A DNA stretch of 57,665 nucleotides, filler included, from Squalus acanthias (taxonomy: Eukaryota): assembly GCA_030390025.1 (NCBI GenBank). It is 4 parts of 4 records of this genome, joined end to end, with 100 filler letters (N's around TTAATTAATTAA, not from the genome) between each part and the next. Parts side by side here need not be neighbours in the genome. Positions count along the whole stretch, not along the records: positions 23,463 to 52,820 come from CM059452.1; 3 more parts are not named here. One strand, given 5' to 3'. Below the pieces are notes generated by a model, which searched no databases, was not told the origin of the DNA, and saw only the letters and a program-made list of their open reading frames with translations. The first letter of the stretch is position 1; every line of letters starts with the position of its first letter. Shown one piece after another: positions 24,015 to 35,900 of this stretch. The translations under genes were made by a program, and so were the position numbers.

Positions 24015-24250
24015 GGATAAACAGAGACATGCCCAGATTAATATAACCAGACAGGTTCTAGTGTCATATATACAGAGACAGGATCTAGTGTAATATAAAC
24101 AGAGACAGCGTCGAGTGTAATATAAACAGAGACAGGGTGTAGTGTAATATAAACAGCGACAGGGTCTAGAGTAATATAAACAGAAACAGGGTGTAGTGTA
24201 ATATAAACAGAGACAGGGTGTAGTGCAGTAATAACTGAGACAGAGCCCAG
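24015..24250. repeat. ~27-bp minisatellite (taatataaacagagacagggtgtagtg)
   Basis: About 7 diverged tandem copies. Confidence 0.8.
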
Positions 24251-25004
24251 TGCATTACAAATAGATACATGGTTTAGTTTAGTATTAACTGAGGCAGAGT
24301 TTCGGGCCTCAACAAATAAAAGCACGGCGAAGGGTGTGGGGGATGTACAAAAGGCCAGTATTGTAAGATGTCAGAAATCTCGCAGTTTTGTAGGGATGGA
24401 CGAGTTTACAGAGATATGGAGCGGCGAGGCCATGGAGGACTTTTAGCACAAATCTGGAGAATTTAAAATCCAGGCGTTGCCGGACTGGGAGCCAATGTGA
24501 GCACAGGGCTGATGGGTAAACAGGGTTTGGTGCGATTTAGGAGGCGGGCAGCAGAGGTTTTTGATGAGCTGAAGTTTATGGAGTAGAGTACTTTAACCGC
24601 TGGGCTGGTTGGCCCACTGCTGGAGTGCTGTGTGCAGTGCCTGACGTCTCATTATAGGAAGGGCATCAACGTTATAGAGACTGTAACAGCTTTCATTCAC
24701 TGGGACAGCCCGAGAAAGGGGAGCTACAGTTATGATGAGAGACTTCAGATTTTCATTTAAGCAAACAAGGCTAAGGGATCGAATCGAGATTTGCTTATTT
24801 GTTAAAAGAGCTTTACTTGCGGGAAGATGGAAAGATTGGTTCCTCTGCTCGAGGAGTCAGTTACGATAGGTCATCAAATTACAATTAAAATTATCAATAA
24901 GACAGAGAGAGAGAGGGATCAGGTGATATATCTGTGTGGAGTGTTGTTGGAACATTGGAATACTTTGCCACATAGAATGGCTGAGGCAGAGAACATAAAG
25001 CGAT

Positions 25005-25445
25005 CCAGTAGTGCAGAGGTTATGTTACTGAATTAACAATCTCGAGGCCTGGGCTGAGAATTCATGAACTAAAATCCCACTATGGTATTTCAATTCAGAT
25101 TTTTTATAGCTGTAAATAGATAATCTGGTGTCAGTAAGACTAATCATGAAACTATCGATTGTGGTAAAAGCCCAACTGGTTCACTAATGTCCATTTAGGC
25201 AAGTAAACCTGCCGTCCTTATCCGGTCTGGCCTATATATGACTCTAGTCCCACACCAACGTGGTTGACTCTGAACTGTCCTTTGAAGTGGTCCAGCAGAC
25301 TCTAGTTGTATCAAATTGCTGGAAAGAGCGGAACTGCAGTGGTTCAAGAAGAAGGCCCACCATTACCTTCTCAAGGGGCAACTGCAGGATGGGCAATAAA
25401 TGCCGGCCTTTTCAGCGGTGCCCACATCTCCGGAATTAATAAGAA
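25005..25445 (+). mobile_element. SINE-like interspersed repeat with a LINE-derived tail
   Basis: ggttcactaatgtcc...tggttgactct...gggcaataaatgccggcc, recalled as a common elasmobranch repeat. Confidence 0.55.
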
Positions 25446-25919
25446 AGTGAAAGCATCAACAGGCAGTGGCATTCACTTCTGATAGCTGTCAGAGGCTGAA
25501 TAGCATATTTTTGTTAGGAAAGGGTATTAAGAGTTGGCGACCTGCGGCGGGTAAATGTAGTTAAGATAAAGATCAGCCATGATCTAACTGAATGGTGGAA
25601 CAGTCTCGAGAGGCTGAATGGCCTTCTCCTGTATTCCCATGATCCTACTGCTTTAATAATATTGGATAAAGAAATAAACAAGATCGAGATTGTCTTTTTG
25701 CAAATAAAATTGAATTCAATAATTGCATGATCTCCTTTAATATTAATGATCTGACTTTACAATATTGTTTGAAGGAATTTCATCTTCAGGTATTAGCTGA
25801 CAAAAACATTTGCTGTTTATTAAACATGCTGAATAAATAGATATATCAGGAGTTGAATTTCATTTTCTTTCTATTCGTATTCAAATTTTTACTGACTCAG
25901 TACTCAAACTAAGAGAAAC

Positions 25920-26270
25920 ATCTCGGACGGTAAGGGTCCCTTTAAGAGGCCCCGAGCTGACACTCCGTGGACACAACCCTGGGGCAGAGGTCACAGGCTG
26001 CCCAAGTTTGTTCTCTTCGACGCTGAGCGGAGGCAAGAGACAGCCCTTGACTCCCCTGACCCTAAATCAATTGGAGAAACAGCCAATCATGGCGCTGTGA
26101 CGTGCGAAAAGCTTTGTGGCGTCATCCAATACAGCGCAAAGCGCCGGCAGCAATTTTGTGAGTTATTCTTTGGACATTGGGACTCTGCAGTCGCCCATCC
26201 GGTGGTGCTGTGAGGTCACGGTTCCAGGCTGTCTGACACAATCATTGGTCACGCGAAAGCTAAGGTCAGA
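25920..26270 (+). promoter_or_regulatory. Candidate promoter/first non-coding exon of the zinc-finger gene
   Basis: Local CpG enrichment, CCAAT boxes (attgg ~26070, agccaatca 26081-26089, ccaat ~26126), CRE-like tgacgt ~26098, possible donors at ~26215 and ~26264. Confidence 0.5.
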
Positions 26271-27039
26271 TTGTGAGGGTTTTATTGTACTCTCGCGGAG
26301 TGTGTTTATGGCTATCAGGTCATCTGTCTGTTGTGGTGAACTTTACTTATTCTTATTTGGGACCTGACATCTATGCGCAGAATGTTTCTGCGTAGCTTTC
26401 TGTAGCATTCTGTTGTTTGCCAGCAGTCGCATCCTAAAATTAATGTATCAATGATTTTATCTACGGGTCACTGGGACAAATCGAATGTTGAGGTTACTAA
26501 CATACTGGCTCATCCTCAGACAGTTGCAAGGGAGGAGGATGGAGTCGATATCTCGGGAACGGATTGTGTGGCGGAGGCATCGTGGGCCCGAGCATTACTC
26601 CACCCTGTTGCGTAGGATTACAATACAGAAACAGGCAATTCGGCCCAACTGGTCTGCTCCGGTGTTTATACTTTACACGAGCCTCCTCCCACTCTATTAA
26701 CCCCATCCCATCCTTCCCCCATATCCCTCTATTCCCATCTCCATAATGGATGCATCAAGCCTCCCCTTAAATGCATCCATGTGGCAGCGAGTTCGACATT
26801 CTCACTATACTGTGAGTGAAGAAATTCCTCCTAAATTCATTATTTCATCTATTAGTAACTATCTTGCATTGCCGACCCTTGTTCTGACGCACCCATAATT
26901 GGAAACAGTTTCTCCTCATTCACCCTATCGAACCGCTCCGTTAAGTCCGCTATTAAGTCTCCTCTAAGTCTTCTCTTGTCCCGGGAAAAGAGCCACTGAT
27001 TGCTCCATCTTGCTTGATATCTTCTTATTGAAGTAAATT

Positions 27040-27198
27040 CGCATCCGAAAGACGGCACCTCCAACAGTGCAGCACTCCCTCAGCACAGCGTTGGGAGTGT
27101 CAGCTTAGATTTTTGTGCTCAACTATCTGGCGTGAGATTGAATCTACAACCTTCTGATTCAGAGGCGAATGTGCTACCAATTGAGCCACGGCTGACAC
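27040..27198 (-). mobile_element. DeuSINE 5' fragment
   Basis: Reverse complement of the head and Deu-domain start of the SINE at 54893-55336. Confidence 0.75.
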
Positions 27199-27635
27199 GT
27201 TCTATTCCAGAAACGAACCCCAGTACAGTCTTTGCACTTTGTACGGCCTTATCAACTTGTTTTGCTAATGTAATCGATTTATGTGACTGTATTCTCAGAT
27301 CTCTTTGCTCCTCTGCCCCATTTGGTTACTGACCTTCGAAGCAATAACAGGCCTCCGTATTCCTCCTACCAAAAATAACACTTCACCTTACAATATTTTC
27401 AATTTAAGTTCCCATTTATCTGCCCTGTCTGCAAGCCTGTTTATCTCTTCCTGTATTTTGGGGCAGTCCTCCACATTATTAGCTATACCACCCAATGTGG
27501 TGTCATCCCCAAATTGCGACAACTTCTCATTGAGATTGATAGATTTTTGTCAGGTAAGGGTATTAAGGGTTACTGAACCAAGGTGAGTAGATGGAGTTAA
27601 GGTACAGATCACCTAAGATCTAATTGAATGGTGAA

Positions 27636-28591
27636 ACACGCTCGAGGGGCTGAATGGCCGGCTCCTGTTCCTATGTTCCTAACAGGCTCGAGGGGCTGAA
27701 TGGCCGACTCCTGTTCCTATTTTCCAAACAGGCTCGAGGAGCTGAATGGCCGACTCCTGTTCCTATGTTCCAAGCAGGCTCGATGGGCTGAATGGCCGGC
27801 TCCTGTTCCTATGTTTCAACAGGCTCGAGGAGCTGAATGGCCGACTCCTGTTCCTATGTTCCAAACAGGCTCGATGGGCTGAATGGCCGATTCCTGTTCC
27901 TGTGTTCCAAGCAGGCTCGAGGAGCTGAATGGCCGATTCCTGTTCCTATGTTCCAAACAGGCTCGAGGGGCTGAATGGCCGACTCCTGTTCCTATGTTAC
28001 AACAGGCTCGAGGAGCTGAATGGCCGACTCCTGTTCCTATGTTCCAAACAGGCTCGAGGAGCTGAATGGCCGATTCCTGTTCCTATGTTCCAAACAGGCT
28101 CGATGGGCTGAATGGCCGACTCCTGTTCCTATGTTCCAGACAGGCTCGATGGGCTGAATGGCCGACTCCTGTTCCTATGTTCCAAACAGGCTCGATGGGC
28201 TGAATGGCCGACTCCTGTTCCTATGTTCCAAACAGGCTCGATAGGCTGAATGGCCGACTCCTGTTCCCATGTTCCAAACAGGCTCGATGGGCTGAATGGC
28301 CGAGTCCTGTTCCTATGTTCCAAACAGGCTCGATGGGCTGAATGGCCGACTCCTGTTCCTATGTTCCAAACAGGCTCGATGGGCTGAATGGCCGACTCCT
28401 GATCCTATGTTCCAAACAGGCTCGAGGAGCTGAATGGCCAACTCCTGTTCCTATGTTCCTAACAGGCTCGAGGAGCTGAATGGCCGACTCCTGTTCCTAT
28501 GTTCCAAACAGGCTCGAGGAGCTGAATGGCCAACTCCTGTTCCTATGTTCCTAACAGGCTCGAGGGGCTGAATGGCCAACACCTGTTCCTA
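27636..28591 (+). repeat. 46-bp tandem array (~21 copies) derived from a CR1 3' terminus
   Basis: Unit caggctcgaggggctgaatggccgactcctgttcctatgttccaaa matches the CR1 3' end at ~2901-2950; preceded by a CR1 3' fragment from ~27525. Confidence 0.92.
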
Positions 28592-28861
28592 GGTAACTCC
28601 ATTTTCTGAGTTTAAATGAAGGTGAACAAATGTGGTCCCAGAACGGATCCCTGCAAGACACCATTTCTCACTTTCTGCCAGTCTGACAAAAGTCCCGTAA
28701 CTCCTACCCACTGATTTATGTTTTGGAGCGGAATTTCCATTTATTGGACCACATGTTCAGGAGAACAACAGAAGAAAGAATGTTCCATAGAAACTAGAAT
28801 TCTCTGTTATGAATTTCTGTCCTGTACTTACAGTTTTGACTGTTGTCAACTCCTTTTACAG

Positions 28862-29475
28862 GGTATTAGAAGGGGGAGGGGGAATTTGCAGACGGGAAAA
28901 CTCAAACCAAACATCTGACAGAATCTCTTGATTCATCAGGACCTGAATGTCATCGGCCTTTGAATGTGGAAGGAGAAATGTTTGTCTGTAATGTCTGTGG
29001 GAAAAGATTTCAAACATCAGTGTGACTGGAAAAGCACCGAGACACACACACCCGAGTGAGAGTGTGCCAGTGCACTGACAGTGGAAAGAGCTTTAACCAG
29101 TTACACAGCCTGAAAAAATATAGCACCATTCACAGCGGGGAGAAACCGTACACGTGTTCTGTGTGTGGACAAGACTTCAACCGATCGTCCAACCTGGAGA
29201 GACACAAGGACACCCGCACCACGGAGAAACCGTGGAAATGTGGGGACTGTGGGAAGGGATTCATTTTCCCGTCTGAACTGGAAATTCATCATCGCAGTAA
29301 CACCGGGGAGAGACTGTTCACATGTTCCGAGTGTGGGAAGGGATTCACTCAGTCATCCAACCAGCTGAAACACCAGCGAGTTCACACTGGGGAGAGGCCG
29401 TTCACCTGCTCAGTGTGTGGGAAGGGATTCACTCGGTCATCTTTGTTGCTGAAACACCAGCGAGTTCACAAGTGA
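28862..29475 (+). pseudogene. C2H2 zinc-finger gene terminal exon, degenerate
   Basis: Acceptor ccttttacag|; six finger units with TGEKP-type linkers; in-frame TGA at 29023; fingers with C>S/H>Y, H>R and H>N changes; only the last two intact; no ATG after the stop (ACG at 29221 before EKPWKC). Confidence 0.85.
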
Positions 29476-29844
29476 CGGCAGGAGTTGGATTCTGCTGTTT
29501 TTGCTGCTGTTCATCACATCCAAGACTGAACCATGTTCATTCTGACAGTTTGGGTTTGTTTCTGCTGATGTTAATAGCCCTGTAACTGGGCTGGAGTTTA
29601 ATATTCTTGATATATGACGAATTAATCAACGGGGTAATGAACAGCTAAAATTACTGCTGATTGTGTTTTCCTCCAATGCAGTTCATTCTTACATTTGCAA
29701 ATACTTCACACTTTAAACAGCTTTGTTCAAATACTGAAAAGTGCAGCAAATTGAGATAAACTCTGTCAGACAATTGATAACAACATTAATTGAATCCGCA
29801 GACAGGTTTTGGATTACTCTGGGAAAGCGCGCCATGCTATGCCT

Positions 29845-29875
29845 TGCAGTACCGCCTATGTCCAGCAGACGGCGT
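29845..29875 (+). promoter_or_regulatory. CTCF binding site with upstream motif
   Basis: TGCAGTACC followed by core CCAGCAGACGGCG (one clear mismatch to CCASYAGRKGGCR). Confidence 0.6.
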
Positions 29876-29934
29876 TAACTCTCCATTTAATTCCGTCTGA
29901 GAGGAAAATGACACACATGAGAGCAGAATGAATG

Positions 29935-32900
29935 AGGGAAGCTCAGGGTCAGATACTGAACATACTGCACCCACAGTGACATCACACACTGCCCCATCCC
30001 TGAGGCAGCTCAGGGTCAGATACTGAAACTACTGCAGCCCACAGTGACATCGCACACTGACCCCTCCCTGGGGCAGCTCAGGGTCAGACACTGAACACAC
30101 TGCACCCACTTTGACATCACACACTGTCCCTTCCCTGGGGCAGCACAAGCTCAGACACTGAACAAACTCCACCTAATGTGACATCACACACTGCCCCTTC
30201 CCTGGGGCAGCTCAGGGACACACACTGAACATACTGCACCCCACAGTGACATCACACGTTGGCTCCTCCCTGGGTCAGCTCAGGGTCAGACACTGAACAT
30301 ACTTCAACAACAGTAACATCAAATAATGTCCCCTCCCTGGGGCAGCTCAGGGTCAGTCTATCAACATACTGCACCCACAGGAACATCACACACTGCCCCC
30401 TCCCTGAGACAGCTCAGACTCAGACACTGAACATACTGCACCCACAGTGACATCAAACACTGCCCCCTCCCTGGGACAGCTCAGAGTCAGACACTAAACA
30501 TACAGCACCCATAGTGACATCACACACTGCCCCCTCCTTGGGGCAGCTCAGGGCCAGACAATGAACATACTGCACCCACAGGGACATCACAAACTGCCCC
30601 CTCCTTGGGGCAGCTCCGGGCAGACACTGAACATATTGCACCCACAGGAACATCACACACTTCCCGATCCCTGCGGCAGCTCAGGGACAGACACTTACAA
30701 TACAGCAACCAAAAGTAATTTCACACACTGCCCCCTCCCTGGGGTAGCTCAGGGTAAGACACTGAACATGCTGCAAACGCAGTGACATCTCACACTGCCC
30801 CCTCCCTCCGGCAGCTGAGGGTCAGTCTATGAACATACTTCACCCACAGGGACATCACACACTGTCCCCTCCCTGGGGCAGCTCAGAGTCAGACACTGAA
30901 CATACTGCACCCACAGTGACATCACACACTGCCCCTCCCTGGGACAGCTCAGGGAAAGACACTGAACATACTGCACCCAAAGTGACATCACACAATTCCC
31001 ACTCCCTGCGGCAGCTCAGAGTCAGAAACTGAACATACTGCACCCACAGGTAGATCACACACCACCCCCTCCTTGTGGCAGCTCAGGGTCAGATACTGAA
31101 CGTAATGCACCCAGAGTGACATCACACACTGCCCCCTCCCTGGGGCAGCTCAGGGTCAGACACTGAACATAATGCATCCACAGTGACATCATACAATTCC
31201 CATTCCCTGGGGCAGCTCATTATCAGTCACTGAACATACTGCACGCACAGTGACATCGCGCATTGCCCCTTCCCTGGGGCAGCTCAGAATCAGACACTTA
31301 ACACACTGCACCCCACAGTGACATCATACAGTGCCCCCTCCCTGGGGCAGCTCAGATTCAGATATTGAACATTCTGCACCCACTGGGACATTACACACTG
31401 CCCCCTCCCTGGGGCAGCTCAGCGTCAGACACAGAACATACTGCACCCACAGTGATATCACACACTGCAGCCTACATGGGACATCTCAGAGTCAGACACT
31501 GAACATACTGCACCCACCGTGACATCACACACTGCCCCCTCTCTGGAACAGCTCAGGGTCAGACACTGAACACACTGCACCCACAGTGACATCACACACT
31601 GCAGCCTACCTGGGGCAGCTCAGAGTCAGACACTGAACACACTGCACCCACCGTGACATCACACACTGCCCCCTCCCTGGGACAGCTCAGCGTCAGACAC
31701 TGAACACACTGCACCCACAGTGACATCACACACTGCCCCCTCCCTGGGGCAGCTCAGAATCAGACACTGAACTTACTGCTCCCACAGTGATATCACACAC
31801 TGCAGCCTACCTGGGACAGCTCAGAGTAGTCAGACACTGAACATACCGAAACCACAGTCACATCACTCACTGCCCGCTCCTTGGGTCAGCTCAGGGACAG
31901 ACACTGAACGTACTGCACCCCACAGGAACATGACACACTGCCCCCTCCCTGGGTTAGCTCACAGTCAGATTCTGAACATACTTCACCCACAGTGGCAACA
32001 CACACTGCCCCCTACCTGAGGCAGCTCAGAGTCAGACACTGAACATACTTCACCCACAGTGACATCAAACACTGCCCCCTCCCTGGGGCAACTGAGAGCC
32101 AGACAATAAAAATACTGCACCCCACAGTGAATCACACACTGCCCCCACTGGGGCAGCTCAGGGACAGACACTGAAAATACTGCACCCCACAGTGAGATCA
32201 CACAATTCCCACTCCCTGGGGCAGCTCAGGGTCAGACACTGAACATACTGCACTCACAGTGATATCATACACTGCCCCTTCCCTGGCGCAGCTCAGATTC
32301 AGAAACTGAACATACTGGACCCACAGTGACATCACCAACTTATCCCTCCCTGGGTCAGCTCAGAGACAGACACTGAACATACTGCAACCCACAGTGACAT
32401 CACACACTGAACCCTCCCTGGGGCAGCTCAGGGTCAGACACTGACAATACTGCACCCACAGTAAAATCACACAATGGCCCCTCCCTGGGGCCGCTCATGT
32501 TCAGTTTATGAACATACTGCTCCCACAGGGACAACACTCACTCCCCCTCCCTGGGACAGCTCAGATTCAGACACCAATCATACCGAACCCAACGTGACAT
32601 CACACACTGCCACCTCCCTGGGGCAGCTCAGAGTCAGAACCCGAAATACTGCATTCAGAGTGAAATCACACACTTCCCCCTCCCTGGGGCAGCTCAGGGA
32701 CAGACACTGACAATACTACACCCACAGTAACATCACACACTGCCCCCTCACTGGGGTAGCTCAGAGTCAGACACTGAACATGCTGCACCACAACATTGGC
32801 ATCGCACACTGTTCCCTCCCTGGGGCAGCTCAGGGTCAGACACTGAACATGCTGTACCCAACCGGAACATCACACCCTGTCCCCTTTCTGGGGCAGCTCA

Positions 32901-35900
32901 TTATCAGACAATGAACATACTGTACCCACTATGACATCACACACTTCCCCCACTGGAACAGCTCAGGGTCAAACACTGATTACACTGCACCCACAGTAAC
33001 ATCACACAATGTCACCTCCCTGGGGCAGCTCAGGATCAGCTACTGAACATACCGCACCCACAGTGACATCACACCCTGCCCACTCCGCGGGGCAGCTCAT
33101 TGTGAGACACTGAACATATTGCACCCACAGTGACAACACAAACTGCCCCCTCCCTGGGACAGCTCAGGGTCAGACACTGAACATACTGCATCCACAGGGA
33201 CATCAAATACTGACACTCCCTGGGACAGCAAAGAGTCAGACACTGAAAATACTGCAACCACTGTGACATCACACAATTTCCACTCCCTGGGGTAGCTCAG
33301 GTTCAGACAATGAACATACTGCACCCACAGGGACATCACACAATGGCCCCTCCCTGGGGCAACTCAGATTCAGACACTGAACATACTGGACTCACAGTGA
33401 CATCACCAACTTATCCCTCCCTGAGGCAGCTCAGAGTCAGTCACTCAACATACTGCAACCACAGTAACATCACACACCGCCCCCGCCCTGGGGGAGCTCA
33501 GAGTCAGACACTGAACATACTGCACCCACAGTGATATCACACACTGCCCCCTCCCTGGGCCAGCTCAGAGTCAGACACCGAACATACTGCAACCACAGTA
33601 ACATCACACACTGCCCCGTCCCTGGGGCAGCTCAGGGTCAGACACTGAACATGCTGTAGTCCGGAGGAACATCAACCAAAGCCCCCGCTCTGGGGCAGCT
33701 CATTATCTGACACTGAACATACTGTACCCACAGTGACATCACAAACATTCCCCTCCTTGGGGCACCTAAGGGTAAAACATTGACAATACAGCACCCACTG
33801 TAACATCACACAATGTCCCCTCCCTGGGGAAGCTTAGGATCAGTCTATGAACATACTTCACACACAGGGACATCACACACTGCCCCCTACCTGAGACAGC
33901 TCAGAGTCAGACACTGAACATACTGCACCAAGAGTAACATCAAAAACTGCCCTATCCCTGGGACAGCTCAAAGTCAGACACTGAACATAACGCACCCACA
34001 GTGACATCATACATTGCCCACTCCCTGGGGCAGCTCAGATCCAGACAATGAACATACTGCACCCCACAGTGAGATCACACACATCCCCCTCCCTGGGACA
34101 GCTCAGACTCAGACACTGAACATACTGCACCCACAGTGACATCACACATTGCCCACTCCCTGGGGCAGCTCAGAACCCGACAAAGAACATACTGCACCCC
34201 ACAGTGAGATCACACACATCCCCCTCCCTGGGGCAACTCAGGGACAGACACTGAACATACTGCACCAAAAGTGACATCACACACTGACCCCTCCCTGGGG
34301 CAGCTCAGGGTCAGTCACTTATCATATTGCACCCACAGGGACATCAAACACTAAACCTCCCTGGGGCAGCAAAGTGTCAGACACTGCATATACTGCGACC
34401 CACAGTGACATCACAAACACTCCACTCCCTGGGGCAGCTCATTATCAGACACTGAACATTCTGCACACACAGGGACATCACACAATTCCCAATTCCTGGG
34501 GCAGCTCAGGTTCAGACAATGAACATACTTCACCCACAGGGACATCACACACTGCCCCCTCCCTGGGGCAGCTCAGAGTCAGACACTGAACATACTGGAC
34601 CCACAGTGACATCACCAACTTATCACTCCCTGGGGCAGCTCAGAGTCAGACACTGAACATACTGCAACCTACAGTGACATCACACTCTGCCCCCTCCCTG
34701 GGGCAGCTCAGGGTCAGACACTGACAATACTGCACCCACAGTAACATCACAAAATGGTCCCTCCCTGCGGCCACTCAGGGTCAGTCTATGAACATTTTGC
34801 TCCCACGGGGACATCACTCACTCCCCCTCACTGAGAAAGCTCAGAGTCAGACACTGAACATACTGCAACCACAGGGACATCACACAATGCCCCCTCCCTG
34901 GGACAGCTCAGAGTCAGACACTGATCATACCGAACCCAGAGTGACATCAAACACTGCCGCTCCCTGGGACAGCTCAGAGTCAGACACTGAACATACTGCA
35001 TCCCACAGTGACATCACACACTGTCTCCTCCCTGGGGTATCTCATTGTCAGACAGTGAAAATACTGCACACACAGTGGACATACTGCACCAACAGTGACA
35101 TCACACACTGCCCCCTCCCTGGGGTAGCTCAGAGTCAGACACTGAACATACTGCACCCCACAGGAACATCACACACTGCCCCCACTCTGGGGCAGCTAAT
35201 TATCACACAATGAACATACTGTACCCACAGTGACATCACAAACGTTCCCCTCCTTGGGGCAGATCAGAGTCAGACACTGAACATACTGCACCCACAGTGA
35301 CATCAAACACTTACCCCTCCCTGGGGAAGCTCAGGGTCAAAAACTGAACATACTGCACCCACAGTAACATCACACAATGTCCCCTCCCTGGGGCAGCTCA
35401 GGGTCAGTCTACGAACATACTTCAGCAACAGGGACATCTAAAACTGCCCCCTCCCTGACACAGCTCAGTGTCAGACACTAAAAATACTGCACCCACAGTG
35501 ACATCACACACTGCCCCCTCCCTGGGGCAGCTCTGAGTCAGACACTGAACATACTGCACCCACAGTGACATCACACACTGCCCCCTCCCTAGGGTATCTC
35601 ATTGTCAGACACTGAACATACTGCACCCACAGTGACATCACACACTGCCCCCTCCCTGGGACAGCTCAGAGTAAGACACTGAACACACTGCACCCACAGT
35701 GAGATCACACACTGCCCCCTCACTGGGAAAGCTCAGAGTCAGACACTGAACAGACTGCACCCACAGTCACATCACACACTGCCCCCTCCCTTGAACAGCT
35801 CAGAGTCAGACACTGAACACACTGCCCCCACAGTGACATCACACACTGCCCCCTCCCTGGGACAGCTCAGGGTCAGACACTGAACACACTGCACACACAG

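Noticed and set aside
27636-28591. Regular repeat array as a CRISPR-like locus
   Set aside because: Pure tandem 46-mers with no unique spacers; the unit derives from a CR1 3' end.
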